NCBI GenBank assembly: GCA_965153355.1
Contig: OZ231126.1
Span: 13,268,001 to 13,332,000 of the forward strand
Direction: 5' to 3'
DNA length: 64,000 nt
Source: Flaccisagitta enflata
Lineage: Eukaryota
Part shown: positions 1 to 16,945 of the stretch, one piece after another
Numbering within the stretch: position 1 is the stretch's first letter
How the letters are laid out: every line of letters starts with the position of its first letter
The notes under the pieces: generated by a model
The model's database searches: none
What the model was told of the DNA's origin: nothing
Seen by the model: only the letters and a program-made list of their open reading frames with translations
Position numbers and translations under genes: made by a program

Positions 1-130
1 TTACCCTTTCCTTCGTTCCCTTCCTTCCTCATTGCGGTCAGGCTCCAACTTACCACTTGTCCCTGTGATTAACTCACCCGTCACCCACCCACCCGTCACC
101 TTCTATTTGAGCAGCCTTCACTGCAGCCTT

Positions 131-431
131 CACCTTACCATCCATCGCCGGAAACCTCCCACCCACAACCCACCCACCCGTCAACTTCACCCAATCACCC
201 ATCACTGTCACCCACACACCCATCACCTTTTCTTCGAGTGGCCTTCACCGCAGTAGTTGGCAAGGTAACAGTCTTAGATTCACTGTCACCTTACCATCCA
301 TCGCCGGAAACCTCCCACCCACAACCCACCCACCCGTCAACTTCACACAATCACCCATCACTGTCACCCACACACCCATCACCTTTTCTTCGAGTGGCCT
401 TCACCGAAGTAGTTGGCAAGGTAACAGTCTT
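131..431. repeat. Two-copy tandem duplication, period 156 bp
   Basis: caccttaccatccatcgccgg...ggtaacagtctt at 131-275 and 287-431, near identical. Confidence 0.9.
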
Positions 432-502
432 GGTTTCACCCACCCATGAATGTCAGCGTTCTTCGACCGGAATTTGCTCGGTAAATCTCAGACAATCTCT
501 GG

Positions 503-556
<54 letters not shown>

Positions 557-565
557 TTGTCTCTA

Positions 566-615
<50 letters not shown>

Positions 616-847
616 ACGCTGTCTGACTGATCCTCTCTCTGTCCATTTCTCCGCCTGACTTCATGTTTCTCTCCGTCTCTCTGTCCTTCTGTCTATCTGT
701 CGTGTGAGTCTGTGTGTCTATCCATCTGTCTATCTATCAATTCTATTGGTTTTTCCGTATCTCCGTTCCTCTGTTCATCGTCCTCTTTCTCTCTTCCTTT
801 GCAATGCACATGTACAGTGTTGTACACGCAAGCGTGACTTTTTTTTT

Positions 848-2012
848 GGCAGCGGCCCCAAAGGGTCGATGCCTTGTAAAACACAGGCGGGAATTTCCAG
901 ATGTCAGTCTTTCCGTCTGTTCCCCCCTCTGTTTACTATCAAGGCCTTAAACTAGTCCGCCCAGGTCTCAAATCTGCCCTCCAGGCTTCCTAATTAGCCC
1001 CATGTGCCTCAAATCTGCCCTCCAGACCTTCAATCGGCCCTCCAAGCTTAAAATCAGCCCTCCATATCCATGCCTAAAATTTGCCTTTTGGGCAGCGGCC
1101 CCGAAGGGGGACTTTCGTTCGTCCGTTCGATCGTCCGTTCCTTAGTCCCCCCCCTTCATCAAACCCCTCAGGCCTCAAATCTGGCCTTTCATGCCGCAAA
1201 TCCAGCCTCTCAGGTCTCAAATCCAGCCTCCCGGGCCTCAAATCTGGCCTCTCAGGCCTCAAATCAGGCCTCTCAGGCCACAAATCTGGCCTCTCAGGCC
1301 ACAAATCTGGCCTCTCAGGCCTCAAATCTGGCTTCTCAGGCCTCAAATCCAAATTATCAGGCCTCAAACCTGGCCTCTTATGCCTCAAATTAGGCCTCTC
1401 AGGCCTCAAATCAGCCATCTAAACCTATATTTACTGCTCCCAGGCTTCAAATCAGTCCTTTGGCCTTTCAAGCCTTAATCCAGCTCTCTCAAGCCTTAAG
1501 TTAGCCCTCTCAAGCTTCCCATCGGCATTCTGAGGCCTTATATCAGCCTTCTTAGACCTCAGTTTAGGCTCCTGAATGCCTTCAGTCAGCCCTCTATAGC
1601 ATTCCCAGTTCTTCAGGTAGGACAAATGAAAGTCCCCCTGTGTTCTACAGGATTTCGTCCCCTTCGGGGCCGCTGCCCTGCTTCCCCTCACTCCAATTCA
1701 CAATCACTCAAAGCAGGGCAACGGGTATTGCTGACCACATATTGCCCTTGGGCGACCTTTTAGATTTCAAATCTGCTACTCAAGCCTAAATTCTGCCCTC
1801 CAGCCCTCAAAAATGCCTTCAATGGCCTAAATCACTCATCTAAGGCCTGAAATATGTCCCCCTAGGACGTCTGGAAATTCACCCCTGTGTTCTAAAGGAC
1901 ATTGGTTCTTTGGGGCCACTGCCCTACTCTTACTCAACTTCTTTACTGGATCACTCAAAGTCCAAGCAGGGCATCGGGTACCGCAGACCATATACGATTG
2001 TTGGATGACTAG
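848..2012 (+). mobile_element. Family A non-autonomous element (subterminal IRs plus 21-bp minisatellite core, HINE/Helentron-like), outer copy
   Basis: ggcagcggccccaaaggg...aatttccagatgtc (848-906) is inverted to gacgtctggaaattc...ggggccactgccc (about 1866-1924). An asymmetric tail ending gatgactag follows. Flanks are T-rich. Confidence 0.65.
1090..1757 (+). mobile_element. Family A element nested in the previous copy
   Basis: gggcagcggccccgaagggg at 1090 and its inverse ccccttcggggccgctgccc at 1659-1678. Internal 21-bp repeats (ctctcaggcctcaaatctggc) and the same tail (aagcagggcaacgggta...gacca). Confidence 0.7.
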
Positions 2013-2239
2013 TTTCTCTGAAAATAGGTTATTCCATGAATAAAAGGTATTTAAATAATAAAAATTGATAACATTCAACCCCCTCAACAGTGAACACAAA
2101 TGTTTTTTCGCAGTCTCATTTATTTCTATACTTTCGTGAGAATCCGCGAGGTTGAACTAGAAGCAGAAAATAATGATCGATTTAAGACTTATCTAATTGG
2201 GAGGTGAACGCGGGAAATCGAGGGCGCGTAAATGCCAAG

Positions 2240-2345
2240 CCCAGTCGCGTGTGGGTGGGCAGGGGCACTGGGCAGTGGTTTTACTATCAAGCACACCAAC
2301 AGACACACCAACAAAGTGAGTTGTAGAATCGCGTGAAGTCACTGA
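2240..2345 (-). mobile_element. Degenerate family B HINE-like element
   Basis: agtcgcgtgtgggtgggcagggg...gttgtagaatcgcgtg resembles the reverse complement of the intact copy at 16136-16398. Confidence 0.5.
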
Positions 2346-2639
2346 ATAAAAAACGTGACAATTTCTGTGAACGATTCATCTTTTGGTCTTTCAATAGGTC
2401 AAGCGAGATCTGTGTGTCTGTCTGTCCCTTCAAGCGTTGAAGAAAAGAGATTGAGTTTCTCGGGAAGGAGATTTTTGGATGATTCTCTCTAAAAAAGTAA
2501 TTTTACTCATTTTCTCATTTTCAGCCATTGTTTCAACCTTTGAACTCACCTTCTCTCACTCACCTCACTGTGTCTCAGCTCCTCTCATCTGACCTCACCA
2601 ACCAAAATTTAACTCACATTTCCTTATCTTACTTTTTTT

Positions 2640-4370
<1,731 letters not shown>

Positions 4371-4485
4371 TTCACAATTCGTTGATGCTTCACCTACGGC
4401 GTATTATTTCTGCGTCATCGCATTCCGTTGTTGTTTTCGATAACGATCCTTGCGTCGTCGTCGTCGTCATTGTCGTCGTCATTGA

Positions 4486-4526
<41 letters not shown>

Positions 4527-5111
4527 TTGTCGTCGTCGTCGTCGTCATTGACGTCTTTGTCGTCAGCGTCCCATTGCATTGACTCTTTGTTTTCATATGT
4601 CGTAATTGTGATGATTGTTGTTGACCGCCTTCTGTCGATGTTTCTTCACCACGTTTTATTTTCTATTTTTTCCTTTTTTCTTCCTTTTATGTCTGTAATT
4701 GGCCACATGTATTTATGGGTTTCCTCTCAAATTCGATTCCCTATTCCAATACATACTCACATCCCTACCAGGCTACCCCTATTCCCTCCCCCTTCCCGAC
4801 TACCTATCCACATCCCTACCCCTTCCACCTTTCCCTTCCCTTCAATCTTACCATCTTCAATACTGTTCCTTCAAACCCCTTATTTTCATTCTGTATTCTT
4901 TTTTCCTTTCCCCCCATTTTTCTATCCCTTTCTTCCATCCTGACTTTTCCCTTCTCCCTTTTTCCTCACCATCCTCATACTCCTTTAGATACCCCTCCAT
5001 CGTCACCTGCAACGCTTTCCATGCCATGGTAACTAATATAAATTTTCAAAACCATGAACTGCTAATTAGCTAAATAGCTTCTTTAGTATCAATGCACAAT
5101 CAGGCCAAGAG

Positions 5112-6191
5112 AAACAAGGTCAACACCTACAGGGTCTTCAATCTCATTTGACACGAAAAGAACCTATATTGTGCAAAAACTAATTTATTATTCAATGTGA
5201 TTTTTTTTTCCAATGAAAGCACTATGTATGACGTTTTTTGTATCAAAATTTCATGGGACTGGGTCTTGTAGTTTGGCAGAAATCAAAATTTGAAGTTAGG
5301 CAGTGAATTCAACAAAAAATGCTGTTTTCTCGCTACTTTTGACTTAGAAAACATATAAAATTTGAGGTGCTTTGAGCCACAGATGCTTGATTTCAGGTAA
5401 GTGATAGATTGTAACTCCCCAAAGTTAGAAATTGTCAGGATTTAGCATATAACTTTATATTACAGGCAAAAACTTTAAAAATTTTAGTAGAATTCTTAGA
5501 AAAAACTGTAACAAAGATTGTTTTTTCCTAAAAAAGAAGAAAAATGTTGAATATGATAAGATTTCAAAGGACTCTTTTCTCATATACATAAACTAGATAA
5601 AATTATCTGCCATTCAAGACCAATCTCACATCTGTAGCTCAAAGCGTTCAGAAATGAGAGCGATCTAAAGATGAAAGGTCAAAACCTCAAAGTCAAAAAA
5701 ATCCGCCCGTCTCATCATGACATCTTTCACTTTAAAATGGGATATCTCTCAAACTAATTGACCCAGTACCATGAAATTTGGACACAAAAAACGTCATATG
5801 TAGTGCTTTTATGAGAAAAAAAATCAAACTAAGAAGTTGATTCATTTTTGCGTAATATAGGTTCTTTTCGTGTCAAATGAGATTGAAGCCCCTGTATAAG
5901 TCGCGTGCGGGACATAGATAACTTAGGATGACTTAAATTGACCATAGATGACTTAGGATGACGTACAATGACTTAGAAATACATGAAATGATGTAAAATA
6001 ACTTAAACGACCAAATTGACCTAATTAACTTAAGTGACTGAATATAACTTAAAATGACTTAAAATGACTTAGGGTGACTTAGAATGACAAAAATAATGAC
6101 CTAAAATGACTGGAAATGACATAAAGTGATTAAAAATAAAGTTTTACGGACGGACAAAGCGGTTTGTAGAGTCGCGATCACGCGACTAAAA
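5112..6191 (-). mobile_element. Family B HINE-like element with a 10-bp (aaatgactta) core, interrupted by the 5130-5894 MITE
   Basis: aaacaagg at about 5112, agtcgcgtgcggg at 5899, and tagagtcgcgatcacgcgactaaaa at 6167-6191. Confidence 0.6.
5130..5894. mobile_element. Tc1/mariner-type MITE, TA TSD
   Basis: TA|cagggtcttcaatctcatttgacacgaaaagaacctatatt ... aatataggttcttttcgtgtcaaatgagattgaagcccctg|TA. Imperfect inverted similarity extends about 140 bp. Confidence 0.9.
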
Positions 6192-6930
6192 ACCGTTAAG
6201 AGTTGACGGATCGGATATGTAGATAAGTCATTTCTCAGCGCACACTAAAAGCGCGCATTTCGAATTATCACACGAAGCAAATTTTTACATCCGAACATGA
6301 AATCTTTCGTTTTGGGTCACATATGTTACATCTCTATCTCGCATCATCTTCGCTTCTTTGTTTTGTTTTTCGTTCTCCGTTCTTTTTTTCAAAGAAGACC
6401 ATGACCAAAAATGACGTTTGAATAAGGCCTTGAGGCCACATTGCGCATTGCGTCAGTCCTCAATGGGACGAAAAGAATCGGATTATTTTTTCGAATGAGA
6501 TTAGGGGTGCCATTTTATTCTTTCCTTATTTTCCTCTCTTTTTTCCCTCGTCTTTCTCTTTTTTCCTCCTGTTTTCGTCATCTGTTGTCTCTTCTTTTGA
6601 TTCTTTTCTATCTTAATTCTTATCCTTGTCATCTTTCATATCTGATTAAAGACTTTGTTGTTATTAAATCTGGTTATTTCATTTTGCGTTCTTTGTTGCG
6701 ACGCCTCTTTGTTATTATAAGGAAAAAGACAACTGATCTTTCCATTTGCCCTTTCACGAGTTTCTTTTGTCCTTGTCTGTCCTTGTAGTGCTTGTGTGTT
6801 TTGTTTTCTTTGATATCTGTTATATCTGCATTTTGTCCTCCTCCTGACATCTCTGTCTATCTGTCCGGATGTTTGTCATCTCTGTTTTTGTCTTTCTGTG
6901 TTTGTCTTTCTGTTTCTGTCTGTCTGTCTG

Positions 6931-6975
<45 letters not shown>

Positions 6976-9011
6976 CTTTCCTCTTTTTCCCCAATCTCTT
7001 TCTCTTTGTGCACTTCTCTCTCTGACTCTTCTCTGTGATTCTTTCATTCTTTCTCCACTGCCGTTAGTGAGTGAGATGGTGAAGATATGGTTTTTACCAT
7101 CTCTCCATATAAATCGTTTATGCCATCTCTCTTGATGTTATCTTTTTGCCTCTGACTCTTTCTCAATCGCCTTCGATTCAAAGTCGCGCGTGCATAAGAA
7201 TGACTGAGCTAAACGAATGTGAGTGCGTGTCTACGCTGGTTAGACAAAAAATGGCGTATTCTCTGCGAAATTACGCTCAGTAACAACACATCCACTCAAT
7301 CTCTCTCTCTCATTCTTCTTCGTCTCCCTTTCTGGCTGTCATGTTCACATTCTGCAGGAAATCCTTTTTTCTTCCATATGACGTCGATGGTGATTATTGT
7401 TGATTGTCGCTACGATGGAGTGTGACTCTCTCTTATTCAACGGGACCGATTACAATAGATTCTCGTTGACCAAGAGCCTTATTGGTCTATTTCCATATTC
7501 ATATGTTCACTGAAAAGAAATGTTGAGCCTGACACAATGATGAATTGAGATTTAGCGAATTCAAAACATCTTTCGTGAACCGGTGGTCGTAAACTGGTGG
7601 TCAAACAGTTTGGTCCTGAAAGGGAAAATATTGATTGACATTAGTTACGAAAAGCACAATTGACGATACAGTGGGTTCATGCACTGGAGTATAGAACAAG
7701 ATGCTCGCCGATTGTGGTAGTAGCACACAATTGCGATATGACAAAGTTTTGAATTGCTTCCAGTATGCCCCCCTCTGAGAGCATTTGTGGAGATTTTGAT
7801 GCGAACGGGACAATGGCCCTGAAAGTGTTTGTAGTTATGAATTCAATTTTATGTTTTGGACTAGGGCTTTAAAATTGATGTCAGCTGGTTTGTGGGTCTT
7901 GAAGCTGGGAATTTGAGTATTTGACTAACTTGGGCCTGAATACTCGAGTCTGAGAATAGAACCATTTCGCTGGGACTCTTTTTCACATTATAACAGATAA
8001 GCGTTAGTGGGTAGGCTGACTTTTTTTCCCATCCGTTGGACAGACCACGACGCCGTCCCAGTTTTTAGATCGTCTTGTCGACAGGAAGGCGTGATGAGGG
8101 CGTTACAAAGGTGTATCAGCTTCAGCGCGATAAAAGTGTATCACCTCGGGCGCTCTCATAAAACATTAATTCAATTTTACACTTAAATCGTTTCTTAGCC
8201 TCGCCATTTGTTCTTCCACGGCAATAATGAAAAGCGCGTGCAAATGAGGGAGCAATTAATCGCTTCCACTTCATCGCTTCCGCCGCTTCCACATCATTGC
8301 CTCAAGTAATCGCGCTTCCGCCCATTCGGGCCTTCAGTTGCCCCCACTTGCTTTCATTGCTCACTACTGCCGATGCGTAGTTACTACGGCTTCCTTACAT
8401 TACTCACTTCCGTATCTTCCTTTTATTACGCTCGCGCGGAATCACTCTGCCAATTTGCAGTCCGCAGCCATCTACTTGTCATCTGTCTCGAAGTTTCCTC
8501 ACCGTCTCCTACTCCTCCTCCTACTCCTCTTTCTTCTCCTCCTCATCCTCCTTCTGCTCATTTTCACCTTCCCCTTCTCATTTCCTAATGCAGTCATTCA
8601 TTCCATTTTTACGCAGTGAACTTCAGTCGTGTAATTTATAAGCATATATCTTCCCTTGAAGGTCCTTTCTCTCTCTCTCTTTCTATCTTTCCTCAAATTC
8701 ACCCTTAGTTACTTTCCTTAACAACGAGACATAAATCTCCCACTCAAGCCCCCGCCTCAACTGCCACTGCTCCTCCTCCTCCTCCTCCTCCTCCTCCTCC
8801 TCCTGCCCGCCTCGACCAATTTCACTTTCCGCCCGCAAAATTGACCCCGCTTGACCGTGCACAGAACCGTAAGCTTCTACCCCTACATATACGCAGCGAT
8901 GCAGACGATGATGACGACGATGACGACAACGACGATGACGATGACGTTGATGACGACGGCAGTCCACGTTTCCACCCCATAGACTCTCTCTCTATCTCTA
9001 TCGCACTCTTA

Positions 9012-9566
9012 CAGGGCGTTTCACATCAAATTACACGAAAGAAAACGTTGCCATTTGACTTTGACTTATCATAAATCAATTCTGAAAAAAAAATTTTGTA
9101 GAAAAATAGTTCCAATTTTTTATAGAAAAATTTCATAGACCTGGGCGGAAAATTTTGACCACTAACCCAATTTGAATTACAGTCAATTTTCAGTCCAATA
9201 ATGAAAAAAATATTGAAATTGATTATTTCTAAACAATTTTTTTTGTTTTTATACTTTTTTTTTCATTTGATAGTTTAGATCATATAATTTGATAAAAATG
9301 AATAAACAGAATTTTACTAGCATTGATTCAATGTTTCTCTGTTAATATCAAGAAATGAGTGTTTTTCACCATTTTTTGTCCCTCCAAAATCTAAAGATTA
9401 TTATGAATTGATGTAGAGAACAGAGTTCTCAACTCAGCTCTATGAAATTTGGGGACAAAAAATTGGAACAATTTTTCTGCATAAAACTGTTTTCAGAATT
9501 GATCTACCCTGTTTCAAAGTAAAATGGCAACGTTTTCTTTGGTGTAATTTGATGTGAAACACACTG
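9012..9566. mobile_element. Tc1/mariner-type MITE, TA TSD
   Basis: TA|cagggcgtttcacatcaaattacacgaaagaaaacgttgccattt ... aaatggcaacgttttctttggtgtaatttgatgtgaaacacactg|TA. Confidence 0.88.
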
Positions 9567-9667
9567 TATCTGCGTTCGCCATCGATACTCTGTGGTCAGA
9601 ATTAGAAGGTGATTCTCTTCGTATCCCCTCTAATGAGTATTGGGTCACTTTAGCAAAAAGGATTTAT

Positions 9668-12001
<2,334 letters not shown>

Positions 12002-12445
12002 GAATCAGTGTGTATGCAAAGAATTAAAGTTAGATATACAGGTTGAGAGGTCCCGAATGAGCAAACCAACTAACAACACCCCTCTCCCCCCCCCCTCCAC
12101 CGCAGTTGACTTTTTGTGCCAGCATGCAGTGCGGGGTTCTCCCTCAGTAGTCCAGTTCTGCATCCTTTTCACCCTTACCCCTAAGGCTAAGGTATCCTAA
12201 ACGTTGGCTTAGTCCTAGGGTATGTTTCTGTTTCATTTGTTCCCTTATCTCCTTGCCCTTCCGATTTCGACCTGGTTTTCTTCCCAGTTTGAATTTCTCC
12301 TCCTTCTTCCTTTCTGTTTTGTTCCGACGGACGGACGCAGTTTCGCTTTTTCTACGTCGGATTTTGACGACTTCCTGAAGACGGATTCGATCAAACTTCA
12401 TCTCCTCGACTGTTTCCGTTAAACATATCGCGTATCGTCCGCTTT

Positions 12446-12484
<39 letters not shown>

Positions 12485-13283
12485 TTGTCGTCGTCGTCGT
12501 CGTCGTCGCTGTTGTTGTTGTTTTGGTTTGGTTTTGTTTTTCTTTTTGTTTTGTTAGTTTTTTTTTAAACAAAACAATATATCGATACAATCTCGCCTTC
12601 TGCCATTCGTCAACTTAACGTAGACTTGGTGTCGCTTCTCCACTCTGCATGTCCCTACCCTCCCTGTCTCCTACCCCCCTTTCATTACCCCTCCTAACAA
12701 GGTAGAGGCTATTGTTACCTGCGCAACTGTCTCACCGTGTCTCATTATGGGCGTCTGAGCGCCCTCCCGGGGCGCTTTCAAAGTCAAGGACAAGCGGAAG
12801 CAAAAACTTTTGGATTAATAAGACGATCCTAAACAGTTCAAGTGCGATTCATTTGGCGATCCTAAACCGACTTATTCGTCCTTTCTTCATTCCGATGAAG
12901 ACGAAAAGTATTCAAGTTTTGACGCAGGAAAGACTATCCAAATGGATACGTTCCCGCTATAATTTCCCTGTTCTAAAAACTTTATCGATAAGCACTCAAA
13001 ATGTCGCGAGCAGGTTTCTGGGAGCGCCAAAAACAAAGGGTTAAGAAATCGCCGCAATATGCAAATTAGATAATGTGGTTAATCGTTTACTCGATTCAGT
13101 TTCGCCTACAATCAGCGCCTTCACTGTTGCCACGATTGGCGCAGATTTGAAGATGATTTTGCAGTTTCCAAATTTACGGGAATCAAGAGTCTAAAGGGTA
13201 CTTCTGTAGTCGTAGATTGTTCAACTAAGTAAGAGAGAAACGGACGGGATAGGTACAGTTAGCAATTTAGCGAAAGGTAATTA

Positions 13284-13581
<298 letters not shown>

Positions 13582-13699
13582 ATATCAACAATGATGTGTT
13601 GCTATTTAGTCATTCGCACCTTACTAAGATAGATATATTGGCCCGTCAGTTTATCGATAAGTTGATGTGTCGGTGACAGCTTCAATTTCTTATCGATTA

Positions 13700-14523
13700 T
13701 AAGTCGCTGGTTAAGCTACAATATAAGAGGATCTGTCCGTATCTAGGTTGGCAGGTATGTAGTTAGGTAGGTAGGTCGGTTGAGCGAAATTTTGGATGAT
13801 GCAAAATTGACTAAAATAGTGAATTCTGACCATTGAATATATTTTGTGGTATAATAAATCAGTGCATGAAGACATCAGAATGAGTATTTAACCTGACTAT
13901 TGATTCGGCAGAAAATTTATTTATCTAAGATTCGAAGAATAGTTTCAGACAACTATTTTAGATGGCGGCCATTTAAAGTTTTTAAGGACAATTGTCCTAA
14001 ATTATTTTGAGACAATTGTCCTTAAAAACTTGAAATGGCTATAAAATCTGAAATAATTGTCTGACTGAGCTGTTCTTGTAGTCTAGGACAGGTAAAATTT
14101 TTTGCCGAATCTAATGGTCTGGGTTAGAACACTCAATTCGGATGTCTTCATGCACTTTGATTTCACGAGTTATTTTTTTTGACAGCCAAATATATTCAAG
14201 GAATTAAGTATCTTTTAATTAAGTTAGACACAAAAAATTAAGTTTGGGAAATGAAATTAAAGTAACAAAAATTAATCCTCCAGTTTTAGCCGGGTTTGCT
14301 CGGAAGGTACTGTAGGTTGGCAGGTATGTAGTTAAGTAGGTAGGTCGGTTGAGCGAAATATTGGATGATGAAAATTGACTGAAATAGTGAATTCTGACCA
14401 CTACTGCTCCTGCCCAGCCACATTACCACCCCCGCCCTCGCCCGCCTCCTAACTGCCCGAGTCCACCAGCGTTAGTGCCCACCCGCCAGTGACTACTTAT
14501 TGGTCGTATATCCGGCATTGTTT
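13700..14523 (+). mobile_element. HINE-like element with an internal ~88-bp duplication and a truncated pogo-like insertion
   Basis: subTIR agtcgctgg (about 13702) / ccagtgact (about 14487). 3' end cgtatatccggcattgttt. Direct repeats at 13744-13832 and 14313-14400. Confidence 0.55.
13833..14312. mobile_element. Family C long-IR Tc1/pogo-like element, truncated on the left
   Basis: The right end gccgggtttgctcggaaggtactg|TA is the inverse of the left end at 22196. It shares the central palindrome tttaaggacaattgtc...gacaattgtccttaaa with 23720-23770. Confidence 0.75.
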
Positions 14524-15477
14524 TCTTTATTCACTGGTCGAAAAATATAAGAAAAACGAAAGTTTCAGCATTTGAATCAGCAACAAAATTTACTGAAAGT
14601 TTTTTTTTTCTGGCCAAGTTAAAGAAAGAACGCGATTGAAGAACGCGTTTTAACGCGTTTTAACAACAGATTTAAATCGATGTAAGCGTAACCGTTACGT
14701 GGTCGTATATCCGGCATTGTTTTCTTTATTCACTGGTCGAAAAATACAAAAAAAACAAAAGCTTCAACATTCGAATCAGCAACAAAATTTACTGAAAGTT
14801 TTTTTTCTGGCCAACTTCCTCCCAGCCACATTAACGAACGCCTTTTAACGCGTTTAACACCACGTTAGCATATCGTGTAAGCCAGTACTAAGGTGTATAT
14901 CCGGCATTGTTTTCTTTATTCACTGGTCGAAAAATACAATAAAAACAAAAGCTTCAGCATTCGAATCAGCAACAAAATTTACTGAAAGTTTTTTTTTCTG
15001 GCCAAGTTAAAGAAAGAACGCGATTGAGGAACGCGTTTTAACGCGTTTTAACAACACGTTTAAATCGATGTAAGCGTAACCGTTACGTGGTCGTATATCC
15101 TGCATTGTTTTCTTTATTCACTGGTCGAAAAATACAAGAAAAACGAAAGCTTCAACATTTGAATCAGCAACAAAATTTACTGAAAGTTTTTTTTCTGGCC
15201 AAGTTAATCAAAGAACGCGATTGAAAAACGCGTTTTAACGCGTTTTAACAACACATTTAAATCGATGTAAGCGTAACCGTTACGTGGTCGTATATCCGGC
15301 ATTGTTTTCTTTATTCACTGGTCGAAAAATACAAGAAAAACGAAAGCTTCAACATTTGAATCAGCAACAAAATTTACTGAAAGTTTTTTTTCTGGCCAAG
15401 TTAATCAAAGAACGCGATTGAAGAACGCGTTTTAACGCGTTTTAACAACACGTTTAAATCGATGTAAGCGTAATCGT
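14501..15477. repeat. ~197-bp tandem satellite, 5 copies
   Basis: Units start near 14501, 14700, 14891, 15088 and 15285 (tggtcgtatatccggcattgttttctttattcactggtcgaaaaata...). Confidence 0.95.
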
Positions 15478-15751
15478 ACCAAGTGACACCAGGCGAAGGT
15501 TTATATCCATCTCATCTAAAAACCATATTGCATTAGGCAGTGTTGCCGTGAACCAACTAATCCATTCTCTCCTTGCTCTTTTTGGGCTACAGGTCTCTGT
15601 CTCTGTCTCTGTCTCTGTCTCTGTCTCTGTCTCTCCGAAACTATATTTGTCTCTATCTCTATCTCTATCTCTCTCCTTGCTTTTTGGCCTCACGGGCGAT
15701 CCAAAAACTCTTCAGATCACCAGAAACATCAAGCGTCTGTTGCAGACTCTC

Positions 15752-15814
<63 letters not shown>

Positions 15815-15960
15815 CTCTCTTTCGAACTCTCGTAGTAGTTGACCCATGTTGACTTAGGCCCTTTTTGACCTTTTTTTCTTCTTTTCATGCTTCTTTTTTC
15901 TTTTCTATGTGGTTGTTTTGATTTTTCAGCCTCAAAACTGAAAACCACCTCTTGAGTGAA

Positions 15961-16121
15961 ACAAGGCCGGATACACAGCAACCTCAGTCGCGTGTCCGGA
16001 CAGGAGCAGCATGCCAAAAAACCCCATGAATGCCAAAAAGTGAATTGTGATGGACGGATAGACGGACCGACGGACGGACTGACCCACATAGCGGGGTGTA
16101 GAATCGCGTAGCACGCGACTT
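15961..16121 (-). mobile_element. Family B HINE-like element
   Basis: acaaggccggatacac...agtcgcgtg...(gacg)n...gtagaatcgcgtagcacgcgact. Confidence 0.75.
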
Positions 16122-16135
16122 AAAAAGATCATTTT

Positions 16136-16398
16136 TAGTCGCGTGCTACGCGACTCTACAACCCGCTTTGTCGGTCCGTCCGTCCGTCCGTCCGTCCGGC
16201 CGTCCGTCCGTCCGTCCGTCCGTCCGTCCGTCCGTCCGTCCGTCCGTCCGTCCGTCCGTCCGTCCGGCCGTCACAATTTCCTTTTTTTTTTTTTTAACAG
16301 TCTTTGGCCTCACTGCTCCTGCCCAAATGATTGAGTGACCTCAAATACAGCCCCTGCCCACCCGCACGCGACTAGGGTAGCCGTGTATCCGGCCTTGT
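16136..16398 (+). mobile_element. Family B HINE/DINE-1-like non-autonomous Helentron, apparently intact
   Basis: 5' tagtcgcgtg with partial IR (ctacgcgact), (GTCC)n core, 3' subTIR cacgcgacta, terminal stem-loop gccgtgtatccggc and T-run flanks. This is the known HINE/DINE-1 architecture. Confidence 0.8.
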
Positions 16399-16735
16399 TT
16401 TTTCAAATATCGGCTCTACAGCATTCGATCCACATAATCGTTACTTGAATACCCTACTTTGAATTTCAATCTAGGACATTGTCTGTCATTGGTAGTACTC
16501 ACTTTTACCTGGACCGCATTCAATAATCAACATCGCTGATTCCAATTTAGAAATGATTCAAATATTTCTTGACCAAGTTGCAGATCTGACTTCAGGGGTA
16601 TCGCAGGCAGCTTTTGATTATCATCATTTTCCTCCCTCTCTTGTAAAAATACTTTTCTTTTCGGCGACCCTCGGACAAGATTTAGCCATATTGACCCGTC
16701 GATTGCAGAAAGAAGGACGCACGCAGCACGTCGTT

Positions 16736-16945
<210 letters not shown>

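Noticed and set aside
1070-1478. Heptad-repeat ORFs (ASNLASQ / RPERPDL / SGLKSGL)
   Set aside because: The 21-bp repeat is open in several frames and both strands, and lies in the core of a family A element.
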